Part shown: in pieces, positions 45,595 to 55,361 of the stretch | Layout of the letters: the number at the start of each line of letters is the position of its first letter | Position numbering within the stretch: the first letter of the stretch is position 1 | Origin: Candidatus Flemingiibacterium merdigallinarum | GTDB lineage: Bacteria > Bacillota > Clostridia > Oscillospirales > CAG-272 | Direction of reading: 5' to 3' | Assembly (NCBI GenBank): GCA_904386005.1 | Contig: CAJFKR010000001.1 | Coordinates: 37,130 to 101,129, forward strand | DNA: 64,000 nucleotides | Translations under genes and position numbers: made by a program | Notes under the pieces: generated by a model | The model's database searches: none | The model's input: the letters and a program-made list of their open reading frames with translations, nothing else | Told to the model about the DNA's origin: nothing

Positions 45595-45879
45595 ATTCGC
45601 ACTTCCTCTCATTTTTGTTATAACAATACAATATCGCTGCCGCCGTTTTTTATAGTATATCATGCCGCGGCAGCGATGTCAATACAAAAGGACGCCGGAG
45701 CTTCCGACGTCCTTGATTTTTGTGTGAATTCATTTGATTCTGTAATGCGGCGCTTATTTTTATGACCGCGCGGGAATGAGCTTATTTGGGTTACGCGATT
45801 TCGTTTTGGGCGCGCCGGAAGCTTCTGCCCGCGCAGGGTCGCCGCGAGCGGCGGGTTCGGTCGGGGATGAGAGCTTATT

Positions 45880-46983
45880 TCAGTCGTTCCTGACCGTCAC
45901 GCCGTACCAACCGTCGTCAGTCTCGGTGTAGATTGTGACGGCGTTCTCTCCGGTGTCAGCCGCGCAGCGGATAGAGATAATATCATCTCCGGCGAGGTAG
46001 CAGGTCGGACCGGTTATGTCAGTTGTAATCAGCGTAATCGTGCCGGTCACAAGGTCGAACTCGTACAAACCGCGCACACGCTGTTCGCCCTCGTTGGGCT
46101 GCGACGCCTGTCGACCGTTGAATATCACGCGGTCGTCGTCGACAAGGAGAACGTCGCACCAGAAATCGCCGCCGTTTAGAAGCAGCACTTGCTCTATTTT
46201 ACCGGTCGCGGCTACATAGCGATAAATCGCGGCGTTGTCGTTGTACTGATAGGTGTAGAAATACACTGCGCCGTCGCGGTACTGCGGCTTGTTGATACCG
46301 CCGTCGACCGCGAATCGACCGCCGGTCAGGTTTGTAAGTTCGAGCGTCTCGAGGTCGCAGGCGTACAGGTCGACCGGGTCGGCAAGGTAGAGACAGCCAT
46401 CCGCGACCGAAATCGTCAGTCCCAGCCACTCGTGCCCTTTGCCGTCGACGAGCTTTTCCCCTTTGCCGTCCGCAAGGCTCATGCGGTATATCGACTCGGC
46501 ATGGAGCGCGGCGTCGGCGGTGTTGTGATAGTATACATAGCCGTCATAGAACAGCGCGCCAAACGCGTCGGCGATGAACAGCTCGGGCTCGCCGTCCGTG
46601 ACGCGGTAGACATTGTAGCTGCCGTCGGCGGCGGTCGCCGAAAAATAGATATCGCCGTCATATTCGGATATGTACTGCGCCGTGCCGAGCTCGCCGGTGA
46701 CAAGGGTACCTGCTCCGTCGGCATTTGCCGATTCGGCTATTGCCGATTTGGTCTTGTCCCAGCGGTAGAGGCGGCGACCGTCGAACACGTTCGCCCACCA
46801 GACGCTGTCGTCGGTCTCATAGAAGCGTCCGGCTGACGCGCGGTTCGCAATAAGGTCGCCGTATGCGTCGGACGACGCATCGGTTGAAGCATCAACAACT
46901 GCATCTATTGATGCTCCGTTCGTGTTCGGGAACGCTCCGAGTCCCATCAGTACGCTGAGGATAATCGCGATGACATTTTGCAT
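45880..46983 (-). CDS. Secreted beta-propeller-like protein (DUF5050-like)
   Basis: It has a signal peptide MQNVIAIILSVLMGLGAF. Repeated blade-like segments (IYF/VYY...D..IYR) resemble DUF5050. The start at the ATG 46983 lies 8 nt after GGAGGTG. Confidence 0.5.
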   Translation of the reverse strand: MQNVIAIILSVLMGLGAFPNTNGASIDAVVDASTDASSDAYGDLIANRASAGRFYETDDSVWWANVFDGRRLYRWDKTKSAIAESANADGAGTLVTGELGTAQYISEYDGDIYFSATAADGSYNVYRVTDGEPELFIADAFGALFYDGYVYYHNTADAALHAESIYRMSLADGKGEKLVDGKGHEWLGLTISVADGCLYLADPVDLYACDLETLELTNLTGGRFAVDGGINKPQYRDGAVYFYTYQYNDNAAIYRYVAATGKIEQVLLLNGGDFWCDVLLVDDDRVIFNGRQASQPNEGEQRVRGLYEFDLVTGTITLITTDITGPTCYLAGDDIISIRCAADTGENAVTIYTETDDGWYGVTVRND

Positions 46984-47142
46984 TTGGTACACCTCCGATT
47001 ATTGCAGCTTATAAGCTGTTTTGAATTTTGTTTATATGTTATATTAGACGTATAATGATACAATTTTGTTCGGTTAATTTATAAATTGCCCCACGTATTA
47101 TTGCTTTTACAATATCAACGTGGGGCTGCATATTACGACTGT

Positions 47143-47901
47143 CTATGCTATCATATCACAGAGTTTATCATAATACCCGGCATAATCTTCATTACCGGAG
47201 ATAGCCGCTATCGCTTCTTCTATAACATCATTAGTGATGTTATAATGTTCAAGTTCGGCATCGCTCATATTGGCTATCCAGCGAACATCAAATTCTCTGC
47301 CTCCATGAGTAATGGTCACAGCCTCTACAAGATTGTTCTCGGTGGCATTGGGATCATAATCATAATAAATACCGCCGGAAGATCTTGACGCCGATGTCAT
47401 ATCAGGGAAGTAGTTCAATGGGTCAACAGCAGTTCCTGCATACCAATCGGTACCAATTGTATATGGCGTGTCGTTTTCTCTGATTTCGAAGTGGAGATGA
47501 ACTCCTGTCGAATCATTACCGGTGGTGTTCATCTCGCCGATCTTATCTCCCTCGTCGACCGGACCATCATCAATAATATCCGTCAGTGTATCAGGATTTG
47601 TGAGATGGTTATACTTCGCGCCGACATAATACGACCCCATAGGGTTGTTGACACGGCAAACATACCCAGCACTTTGGTCATAGCTGTATTTATACACATT
47701 GCCGTCAGCAAATGAGTAAACATCGTCGCCTGCAACACCGGGAGTTATCGGACCAATATCAATCGCTTGGTGACGATCCGAGTAATACTGGGTTATGCGC
47801 GTACTCTCAGTTGGCCATGTATATGCAGACGTGCTGACACCTAAAAGGGTTATTGAAATTGCAGTCGATAAAACAACGGCAATATTTTTTATCTTTTTCA
47901 T
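47143..47901 (-). CDS. Secreted M23-family (LytM-type) metallopeptidase with unknown C-terminal domain
   Basis: It has a signal peptide MKKIKNIAVVLSTAISITLLG. The HxxxD motif is DRHQAIDIG and the HxH motif is GVHLHFEI. It is AT-rich relative to the window. The start at 47901 follows AAAGGAA. Confidence 0.8.
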   Translation of the reverse strand: MKKIKNIAVVLSTAISITLLGVSTSAYTWPTESTRITQYYSDRHQAIDIGPITPGVAGDDVYSFADGNVYKYSYDQSAGYVCRVNNPMGSYYVGAKYNHLTNPDTLTDIIDDGPVDEGDKIGEMNTTGNDSTGVHLHFEIRENDTPYTIGTDWYAGTAVDPLNYFPDMTSASRSSGGIYYDYDPNATENNLVEAVTITHGGREFDVRWIANMSDAELEHYNITNDVIEEAIAAISGNEDYAGYYDKLCDMIA

Positions 47902-48080
47902 ACAATTCCTTTCTGTTGACATAATAAATCAACACTAATGTGAATTTTCGAATACATGTTAATCATAATCTCCACATTGGCGTATCCTCCATTCCACTTC
48001 ACCGCCTGCGTTTAACCGTAAGCGATTATATTCACATAACAACAGTATTTTGTTGTTATATATCGATAAGTCATGCCTTA

Positions 48081-48503
48081 TTATGGGCAAGTCTTAACCT
48101 GTGTGTCCTGCACCGGTTCGTCATAATCAGGCGTCGAAACAGTAGCTTCGAATTCAACCTTATATTCACGCCCACTCACTGCCGTGAAAGTTTCGTTGAT
48201 AGTCAATATGTTGTCGTCGACATCATATGACCAATCCTTGGGAATTTCCACCCAACTACCGCTTGAGTTTTTGTAGTACAAAGTCGCTGTGGCTGTGATG
48301 TTGGTGACATCTGTATTTCCGCCTACAAACACATTGTATGTTGCTTGTGTTCCATGGAAATTTAAGTAGCAATCCAAAAACTCAACATTAGTCCATCTTC
48401 GGTCGAGATTTAAACCATAAGCATTACTTACAGCGCTTATTTGCATACAAACAACCGAAATTGTTAGTAAGAAAACGAGCACCGTTTTAAGAATACGTTT
48501 CAT
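48081..48503 (-). CDS. Small secreted protein of unknown function
   Basis: 140 aa with a signal peptide MKRILKTVLVFLLTISVVCMQISA. The composition is beta-rich. It lies in the AT-rich island between the anti-sigma and M23 genes. GGGGGA RBS. Confidence 0.45.
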   Translation of the reverse strand: MKRILKTVLVFLLTISVVCMQISAVSNAYGLNLDRRWTNVEFLDCYLNFHGTQATYNVFVGGNTDVTNITATATLYYKNSSGSWVEIPKDWSYDVDDNILTINETFTAVSGREYKVEFEATVSTPDYDEPVQDTQVKTCP

Positions 48504-48639
48504 AACGAGTCCCCCTTTGAAAATTGTCCTTTCACTATATATAACGCTTCACAAGGTCATTTCGTTTGAAGATTTTCGAAAATATTTTTGAAAATTCTAT
48601 TTTCAGCAATTTATATAAAATTTTACATAATTTTTGTGT

Positions 48640-48667
48640 AAAAAAGAGGGCACTGCTTATGTGCCCA
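48640..48667 (-). terminator. Rho-independent terminator after the anti-sigma gene
   Basis: The minus strand reads GGGCAC-ATAAGCAG-TGCCC, followed by TCTTTTTT. Confidence 0.55.
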
Positions 48668-48679
48668 AAAATTATGGAT

Positions 48680-49384
48680 TTATTCTATTGACTCGGCTAA
48701 CTCCATGATAAACTCTCGTTCAATATCCGCATTCTCACGTACTATTCTATACGAATACAAGCCGTCCTGCCATATCAAAATCAACGTACCCTTATCCGTG
48801 AGATCAAGCCAGTAACCTTCATGTCCGTTGACCGTAGTCTTTTCAATGACAGTTGCTTCGTTGTCATAATTTGAGCCTGCATTATCCAGTATATTTTGAG
48901 AATATAGAATAGTTTCTTCTCCGTCATGTAAATATAGAACATAATATGTGAATTCGTTGTCCAACAGCACTTCCTTTTCCCATTCGTCCGGCACAGTCGG
49001 CTCGCGCTTTTCCTCTATAAAGGATGGCGGGGCTTCATTCGCGCTGTCAGGCACAAACTGCACCGAAAAGTACTCGTCGTACCAATCGAAAACCGCGTTC
49101 CAGAACGACTCGCGCACCGCTTCAATGCTCATCGCAAAAACGAAAGCCGTGGTGCATAATACCAGAATCACCGCCGCCGCCCGTCTTGCAAAGGCGTAAA
49201 CGAACCCATATTCCTGCCGTCTCCACTCGCGGTTGATTATTCTGTTGATTTTTTTGTCCAGCGCCTTGGGTATCTCTATATTAGAAATGTCGACAGCGTC
49301 GAATTCGGAGATGTTCTTTTCAGCGAGAACATGGGCGGAAAGCATTATCAGCGCGTCGAGCTTGTCATTTTTCAAATCACTCAC
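48680..49384 (-). CDS. Membrane anti-sigma factor with DUF4367-like extracytoplasmic domain
   Basis: The GTG start at 49384 overlaps the sigma-factor stop (GTGAGTGA). It has a single TM helix AAAVILVLCTTAFVFAM. The C-terminal ...VNGHEGYW...ILIWQDG pattern resembles DUF4367. The ORF-track extension to 49579 overlaps the sigma gene. Confidence 0.6.
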   Translation of the reverse strand: MSDLKNDKLDALIMLSAHVLAEKNISEFDAVDISNIEIPKALDKKINRIINREWRRQEYGFVYAFARRAAAVILVLCTTAFVFAMSIEAVRESFWNAVFDWYDEYFSVQFVPDSANEAPPSFIEEKREPTVPDEWEKEVLLDNEFTYYVLYLHDGEETILYSQNILDNAGSNYDNEATVIEKTTVNGHEGYWLDLTDKGTLILIWQDGLYSYRIVRENADIEREFIMELAESIE

Positions 49385-49952
49385 CAAATTCCTCTCGTAA
49401 TATTTCCCGAAGCTTCTTCTTCGCCTGAAAAATGCGGTTCCGCATCGCGCTGTCGCTGATACCGACGAGCTTCGCGGCTTCGGCGCAGGACAGGCCGCAA
49501 TAGTACACCAAGTTGACCGCGTCCGCAAGGTCTGACGAAATGCGCAGAAGCGCGTCTCTGACATGGCGATACTCTTCATTGCTTATTACAGTTTCTTCTG
49601 TATTTGAACTTGTATCTTCCACATCAAGCGGCAGAATGTCGTCATCATCAGATTTATAGAACATCTCGCCTTCATATTTTTGCTTGGTTTGTTTTCTTCT
49701 ATAAATATTGATGGCAACATTACGAGCTATTGTATTGGTAAGAATCATCAATCTATTTTTCAGCTCGTCTTTATTGCTTTCACGAAACGCGTCAATGTTA
49801 TTTATTATTTGAATCATAGTCTCTTGAAGCGCTTCGCCGGCGTCATGCTCATTATGTAATATACCAATTGCAATAGCGTATATTTTGTTTTTATGACATT
49901 CATATATTTCCGCGACAAAGCTGCGGTCATCGTCACAAAGCGCGGCTAACAT
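49377..49952 (-). CDS. ECF-like sigma-70 family RNA polymerase sigma factor
   Basis: 191 aa. Region 2 is IYAIAIGILHNEHDAGEALQETMIQI. The region 4 HTH is YYCGLSCAEAAKLVGISDSAMRNRIFQAKKKL. It is translationally coupled to the downstream anti-sigma factor. Confidence 0.8.
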   Translation of the reverse strand: MLAALCDDDRSFVAEIYECHKNKIYAIAIGILHNEHDAGEALQETMIQIINNIDAFRESNKDELKNRLMILTNTIARNVAINIYRRKQTKQKYEGEMFYKSDDDDILPLDVEDTSSNTEETVISNEEYRHVRDALLRISSDLADAVNLVYYCGLSCAEAAKLVGISDSAMRNRIFQAKKKLREILREEFGE

Positions 49953-50140
49953 TGTATAGAACAGCGTTATCGCCCCCTTGTATTAATTATATTTGACTAA
50001 CTTTGTTTTGTCAATAATATTGTAATAATTTTTGCAAAATATTTATAACATCGTATAATACTTGACAAAGGATTATAATTATAATATAATTTATGAAAAG
50101 TGTTACATTCTGAGTAATTTCATAGCAAAGGAGCAACATC

Positions 50141-51130
50141 ATGCCAAATCGCAATTCGCGGCTCTTTCGAGAGCTGACGCGCGGCGAGCTCGCAGCCGCG
50201 GTTCGCCGCCACTTTGGGGCGGTCGACTTCACCGCGCGTCTCATGGACGGCGGACTGTTCAACACCACATATCTTTTGTCGCTTTCGGACGGCAGGCGGT
50301 ACGTGCTGCGCTCAGGTCCGGTCAATCGTCAGCTGCTGCTGCCGTTCGAGCTGCGGCTCTTTCAGTCGGAGACGGCGGTATATAAGCTCTGCCATGAGCG
50401 CGGAATCCCCGTGCCGAATGTGGTCGAGCTGGTTCTGCCCGACGACCGCGCCGACAGCAGTATCGACTGCCGCGGATACATGATAACCGAATACATAGAC
50501 AGCCTGCCAATGACCTCCGAGCTGATATCGCCCGACGAAAAGTCCGTGCTGCGCCGCGAGCTCGGGGAGATCACCGCGCGTTTTAATTCAATTGAGGGGG
50601 CGCGCTTCGGTCGCGTCTGCGACGTGCTCGGAGCATCTGACGCAGGTGGCGGCTCCGGCTTCGCGCGTTGGAGCGACTGGCTCGAGTCCGAGTTCGCCGC
50701 TGCCTGCGGCGCGATACGACCATACAAGGTCTTTTCCGAGACTGAACTCGACTGTATTTTGAATTTGCCCGAAAAATTCCGCGACCTAATTGACAAGGTA
50801 AAAGCTCCACGGCTGGTACACGCCGACCTGTGGGAGGGCAATGTTCTCGTCACGCCCGACAAAAAGCATATCGCCGCGATAATCGACGCCGACCGCGCGT
50901 TGTTCGGAGATGTAGGCTTCGAGCTCGCCGGCGGCTGGAACGACACCCCCGAATTCTACTCGGGCTGGGGAGAGCCGCCGTCCGGAATTGACTACGAGAC
51001 TCGGCGGCTGATTTACCTCGCGCTCTACCGTCTTATTGACACCTACGTGTATTTCGCCGAATACGCCGATCCGGAGAGCGGCACCCAGACACGTAACAAG
51101 GCGCTCGACGCCATTGGTCGGCTCGGCTGA
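50141..51130 (+). CDS. Phosphotransferase-family kinase (APH/choline-kinase fold)
   Basis: 329 aa. The catalytic loop is LVHADLWEGNVLV and the metal-binding motif is IIDADRALFGD. AAGGAG RBS. A promoter TTGACA-N17-TATAAT lies at 50062-50090. Confidence 0.75.
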   Translation: MPNRNSRLFRELTRGELAAAVRRHFGAVDFTARLMDGGLFNTTYLLSLSDGRRYVLRSGPVNRQLLLPFELRLFQSETAVYKLCHERGIPVPNVVELVLPDDRADSSIDCRGYMITEYIDSLPMTSELISPDEKSVLRRELGEITARFNSIEGARFGRVCDVLGASDAGGGSGFARWSDWLESEFAAACGAIRPYKVFSETELDCILNLPEKFRDLIDKVKAPRLVHADLWEGNVLVTPDKKHIAAIIDADRALFGDVGFELAGGWNDTPEFYSGWGEPPSGIDYETRRLIYLALYRLIDTYVYFAEYADPESGTQTRNKALDAIGRLG

Positions 51131-51384
51131 ATCCGGATACGCGCCGGATTATAATCTGATTTATGATTATGTCATTGAAATGGTGTGAAAATACGGTATA
51201 CAGTCATTCGAAGCGTTTACCGATGACATTTGCGCAATTTCAAATATACAATTATACCATATAGAATAATCCGCAGCTCTCAAATAAGAAAATAATTTTA
51301 TGCATCTGATATAGTCTTGACATTCCCGCAAAATTATTGTACAATATAGTTGATTAATATAAACAAAAGGAGATCACGAGCTTT

Positions 51385-52947
51385 GTGACTTCAATGTGGC
51401 AGCAACGAATGACGTCCTCGACGCAAGGCTCGGTAGTGAAAGAAATGGCAAGGATTGATAACACAACGCGGATAATAAAACGCTTTGAAGCCGGCGCGCT
51501 GCTTTGCGCAATGCTCTGGCAGCTTGTTTCCTGCGCGGGCACGCAGCCGCAGACCGACGAAACTACGACCTCGGTCTCGACCGAGACGGACAGCGCGGAC
51601 AATGAAATCACCGAATCTTCGGGCGTTCCCGCCGATCTGGATTTGGACGGCGAGGTCATCACCGTATGGTGTACCACCGAAGCATATGATATCCTCGCGC
51701 TTGAGGAGCAGACCGGCGATATACTTGACGATACTATCTATATGGCAAATTCGGCCGTTCAAGAGCGGCTCAACTGCGGCATCGAGTTTGTAAATTCGGG
51801 TTACGGAAGCAGCACCGACACCGCGGCGATTTCAACTCTGCTTCTGGCGGATGATACAACCTACGACCTGTATCTTCCGGTTCAGTGGTCGGGCGGCAAG
51901 CTTGTCTCGCAGGGACTGTATCTGAATGTCGCCGACGCGCCCTACATAAGCTTCGACAAGCCCTGGTGGGATCTTGACTATATGAAGGAAATGTCGGTCG
52001 GCAATGAGAAGATTTTCACCCTTGTCGGCGACTATTCGCGCCACCGCACCGAGATGCTGAATTGTATTTATTACAACAAGCAGCTCTACGAGGATTTTTA
52101 TGGCGACGGTGATGGGCTATATCAGGTGGTTCTGGACGGCGAATTCACACTTGAGCGATACAAGCAGATCTGCGAGGACGTCTACGTTGACATTGACAAC
52201 GACGGCGCGGTCAGCCTTGGCGACCGTCTTGGCGCCGTTCAGTGCTGGAACGGACACACCATGGCGCTGCTATATTGCTCGGAGCTGCGCATTACCGAGC
52301 GCGACGAAGACGGTATACCCTACCTTGTCATGAACACCGAGCACAATATGGATATTATCCGCTCCGTTTATGAGCTGTCGCGCGAAACCACCGGCATTTT
52401 CTACGGCACGGAAGTTGAAAGTATAAATGGCGAACATCAGACCGAGCGTTTTTTAAGCGACAACGCGATGTTCTATTACGGCAGTATGGGCAGCTCGTCA
52501 ACGCTGCGCGATATGCGGAGCGACTACGGCGTAATTCCTTACCCCAAGTACGATGAAAATCAGGAGAATTATCACTCTATGATCGGCGAAACCATGACCT
52601 TTGCCGCACTGCCGTACAACTGCCAGAAGGTTGACGCGGTCTGCGCGTTTATCGAGGAGCTCGCTTTCGAGGGCTACCACAATGTTCTGCCCACGTATTA
52701 CGAAACGGTTCTGAAGACCAAGTATGTCAGAGACGACAGTTCCGGTCAGATGCTGGATATCATCCGCGATAATCTGGTAACCGATATCGCGCTCATTTAC
52801 GGCAGCGCCTTCGGCGATCTTTGCTACGCTCCCCGCGAGCTCATCAAGAGCGGCTCGGGTGAATTTGCCGCAAAATACGCTTCACTCGAATCGGCTGCAA
52901 TCGCTTCAAGCGAGGAGCTGATCGAGCAGTTCACTGAAATGGATTGA
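51385..52947 (+). CDS. Extracellular solute-binding lipoprotein, LplA-type (paralog 4)
   Basis: It has the lipobox LVSCAG. The paralog motifs are DKPWWDL, DIDNDGAVSLGDRLG and DYGVIPYPKYDE. The start is uncertain (GTG 51385 or ATG 51445). A promoter TTGACA-N17-TACAAT lies at 51317-51345. Confidence 0.8.
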   Translation: MTSMWQQRMTSSTQGSVVKEMARIDNTTRIIKRFEAGALLCAMLWQLVSCAGTQPQTDETTTSVSTETDSADNEITESSGVPADLDLDGEVITVWCTTEAYDILALEEQTGDILDDTIYMANSAVQERLNCGIEFVNSGYGSSTDTAAISTLLLADDTTYDLYLPVQWSGGKLVSQGLYLNVADAPYISFDKPWWDLDYMKEMSVGNEKIFTLVGDYSRHRTEMLNCIYYNKQLYEDFYGDGDGLYQVVLDGEFTLERYKQICEDVYVDIDNDGAVSLGDRLGAVQCWNGHTMALLYCSELRITERDEDGIPYLVMNTEHNMDIIRSVYELSRETTGIFYGTEVESINGEHQTERFLSDNAMFYYGSMGSSSTLRDMRSDYGVIPYPKYDENQENYHSMIGETMTFAALPYNCQKVDAVCAFIEELAFEGYHNVLPTYYETVLKTKYVRDDSSGQMLDIIRDNLVTDIALIYGSAFGDLCYAPRELIKSGSGEFAAKYASLESAAIASSEELIEQFTEMD

Positions 52948-53086
52948 TGTTCGGCGCGTTTTCGCGTAATGACAGATCAACCCGATGGGAATTGTTCTGA
53001 CAGAAGCTCAAATCCGCGAGCTTACAGACTGTGTTCGGTTTTCAAGACCACTACAGATCATAGAAAAATGAAAGGAATGATTAATC

Positions 53087-53647
53087 ATGATAAAGGTAGC
53101 ACTGCTTGGCGACTCAATTCGCCAGATAGGCTATGGACCTAAGGTGCCGTCGTTGCTCGGCGACGAATACAGCGTATGGCAGCCGAATGACAACTGCCGC
53201 TTTGCGCTGTATACTCTGCGCGGAATGTTCGACTGGCGCGCGCAGCTCGAGGGCTGCGACGTGATTCACTGGAACAACGGACTCTGGGACGTCTGCGAGC
53301 TGTTCGGCGACGGACCGTTCACCGAGCCGACTTATTATGTCGAGACGATGCTGCGAATCGCGGGTTTGCTGCAAAAATACGCCCGCCGCGTGATTTTCGC
53401 GACGACGACTCCGGTGCTGCCGGCGAACGCGCACAACAAGAACGCGGTCATCGCCGACTACAACCGCATAATCGTACCGAAGCTCGAGGCTCTCGGCATC
53501 GCTATCGACGACCTTTACTCGATAGTCTATCCGAAACTCGACGAATACATCCGCTCGGACGACAACATACACCTGACCGAAGCCGGTATCGACGCCTGCT
53601 CAGCCGCGGTCGCCGACTCGATAAGACGCGCCGCAGCCGAACTGTAA
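53087..53647 (+). CDS. SGNH/GDSL-family hydrolase
   Basis: 186 aa. Block I is ALLGDSI and block V is DNIHLTEAG. Confidence 0.8.
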   Translation: MIKVALLGDSIRQIGYGPKVPSLLGDEYSVWQPNDNCRFALYTLRGMFDWRAQLEGCDVIHWNNGLWDVCELFGDGPFTEPTYYVETMLRIAGLLQKYARRVIFATTTPVLPANAHNKNAVIADYNRIIVPKLEALGIAIDDLYSIVYPKLDEYIRSDDNIHLTEAGIDACSAAVADSIRRAAAEL

Positions 53648-53650
53648 GGT

Positions 53651-53705
53651 AAAAAATAAACCGTGCGAGCTCCGTCAAACGGAAAGCCGCACGGTTTATT
53701 ATTTC
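53651..53705. terminator. Bidirectional terminator hairpin between the SGNH hydrolase gene and rpsR
   Basis: AAAAAATAAACCGTGCG-loop-CGCACGGTTTATTATTT, with an A-run upstream and a T-run downstream. It lies between convergent genes. Confidence 0.6.
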
Positions 53706-53757
53706 ATTTGCGTAAGTTAATATAACTAATGCAGTTCTACAGCTGCAGCAGACCTTA

Positions 53758-54021
53758 TCAGTCGCTGATATAGGGCAGGAGCGCTACGTGACGCGAACGC
53801 TTGATAGCGACCGTCAGCTGACGCTGATGCTTTGCGCAGGTGCCGGAGATGCGTCTCGGAAGGATCTTAGCGCGCTCGGAGATATACTTTCTCAGGCGGG
53901 CTACATCCTTGTAATCAATCTCGTCGATATGCTCGGCGCAGAACTGGCAAACCTTCTTCTTCCGACGTACCGCGGGGCGGTAGGGCTTGGAAGTATCTTT
54001 TTCGGTTCTCTCTTTATCCAT
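53758..54021 (-). CDS. rpsR: 30S ribosomal protein S18
   Basis: 87 aa. The sequence [63 protein letters not shown] is the classic S18 sequence. Confidence 0.95.
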   Translation of the reverse strand: MDKERTEKDTSKPYRPAVRRKKKVCQFCAEHIDEIDYKDVARLRKYISERAKILPRRISGTCAKHQRQLTVAIKRSRHVALLPYISD

Positions 54022-54046
54022 TTCTATGAAACCTCCTTTGTATTGA

Positions 54047-54553
54047 TCAGAACGGGAGCTCGTCGTCGTCGCTCAGCACCTCGAACTGGGGCGCCTGACC
54101 GTTCTGGGGCGCCGGAGCCTGTCCGGCTTGTGGTGTCGAATAGGGCGCGTCGCCGTATCCGGACGGCATATACGCCTGTGCGGACGGCTGAGAGCCCAGG
54201 TTCTCGCTCTTCGAGTCGACAAAATAGGTGTCGTCCACAACGACATCAGTAGCGTAACGCTTATTGCCCTGCTGGTCATTGTAGGTGCGTGTCTGAATTG
54301 AACCGATAACGCAGATAGACGAACCTTTGTGGAAATACTTGGATATAAATTCGGCTCTCTCGCGCCACGCGACGCAGTTGATGAAGTCAGCCTGCGGCTG
54401 ACCCATAGAGCCGTCCTCATTGCGAGACCTGTAATTGCGGTTCACGGCGATTCCGAAAGTCAGCACCATAACGCCGCTCGGCGTCTGCCGCAGCTCGGGG
54501 TTGGCGGTAAGTCTGCCGCCGAGTATTACCTTATTGAGGTTGAAATTTGCCAT
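54047..54553 (-). CDS. ssb: Single-stranded DNA-binding protein
   Basis: 168 aa. It has an OB-fold N-terminus ([21 protein letters not shown]), a Gly/Pro/Gln-rich tail and the terminal DDDELPF motif. Confidence 0.95.
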   Translation of the reverse strand: MANFNLNKVILGGRLTANPELRQTPSGVMVLTFGIAVNRNYRSRNEDGSMGQPQADFINCVAWRERAEFISKYFHKGSSICVIGSIQTRTYNDQQGNKRYATDVVVDDTYFVDSKSENLGSQPSAQAYMPSGYGDAPYSTPQAGQAPAPQNGQAPQFEVLSDDDELPF

Positions 54554-54676
54554 CGTCTTCCTCCGCTTATAAGCATTGTCAATCAGAACGTGAATCCTCT
54601 TGGGTTAAGTCCGCCGAATCTTGACGCGCGGTCGCTTTACCGCGAACCCGCGTCTCGCGGAAAATTCGCCCTGCGA

Positions 54677-55069
54677 TTATTCGTTTTCAGCCGGAGCTTC
54701 AGCAGTCTCATCAGCCTCTGCGGGAGCGGCTGCTTCAGCCGCGGTCTCGACCGGCGCGGTCTTAGCCGACGCCTTTTTTTCGTCGTGCTTTACGACGATC
54801 GAACGCATGATGCCGTCGGTAATGCCGAACACACGCTCGAGCTCTGCCGGGAATGCCGGCTCGCTCTTGAATTCGACGAGGACGTAATAGCCCTCAACGA
54901 GGTCGTTGATCGGATACGCGAGCTTGCGTCTGCCCCATTCGTTGATCGATTCGATAGTGCCGTTTTGCGCGATAAGCGATGTGAACTTGTCAACAACCGC
55001 CTTGATCGCGTCGTCGCCTTCCTGAGTATCGACAATAAACAGAGTTTCATAGCTTGAAAGCTTTTCCAT
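54677..55069 (-). CDS. rpsF: 30S ribosomal protein S6 (with Ala/Glu-rich C-terminal tail)
   Basis: 130 aa with YETLFIVD and WGRRKLAYPINDLVEGYYVLVEF. It is the first gene of rpsF-ssb-rpsR. Confidence 0.95.
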   Translation of the reverse strand: MEKLSSYETLFIVDTQEGDDAIKAVVDKFTSLIAQNGTIESINEWGRRKLAYPINDLVEGYYVLVEFKSEPAFPAELERVFGITDGIMRSIVVKHDEKKASAKTAPVETAAEAAAPAEADETAEAPAENE

Positions 55070-55173
55070 TTGTTACACCTCCTCATGGACATAAGACCCG
55101 ACGATACAAGAATTTCATCGGGCAAGGAGAGAATTTCTTCACCATTGGCGCAGAAATCCCATACCAGTTTATT

Positions 55174-55202
55174 ATTATACCACATAATCCTGTTTGTGTC
55201 AA
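55174..55202 (-). promoter_or_regulatory. Sigma-A promoter of rpsF-ssb-rpsR
   Basis: The minus strand has TTGACA (55202-55197)-N17-TATAAT (55179-55174). This leaves a ~100-nt leader containing the hairpin CCCGA...TCGGG. Confidence 0.55.
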
Positions 55203-55361
55203 GACCTTTTTAGAAAATTTAGACTTGATGCACCGGTATCACAGAATATTTACATATGATTAATTTTATATTGACAAAACATTATGAATAGTTTATAATA
55301 ATATTAATTATACCAGCTGGCATTGTGTCTGGCTATATAAATCAACATGAAGGAGATAATC

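Noticed and set aside
44011-45765. 584-aa ORF on the + strand
   Set aside because: It is antisense to the GH31 gene, whose catalytic motifs KTDFGE and HWGGD are on the minus strand. It has no RBS and no motifs.
49385-49579. Upstream extension of the anti-sigma ORF (299-aa version)
   Set aside because: It overlaps the 3' third of the sigma-factor gene in another frame. A GTG at 49384 gives the classic sigma/anti-sigma stop-start overlap.
55070-55173. Possible rpsF (S6:S18-binding) leader motif in the ~100-nt 5' UTR
   Set aside because: A hairpin (CCCGA...TCGGG) is present. I cannot verify the conserved nucleotides of that motif from memory, so it is left unannotated pending an Rfam scan.
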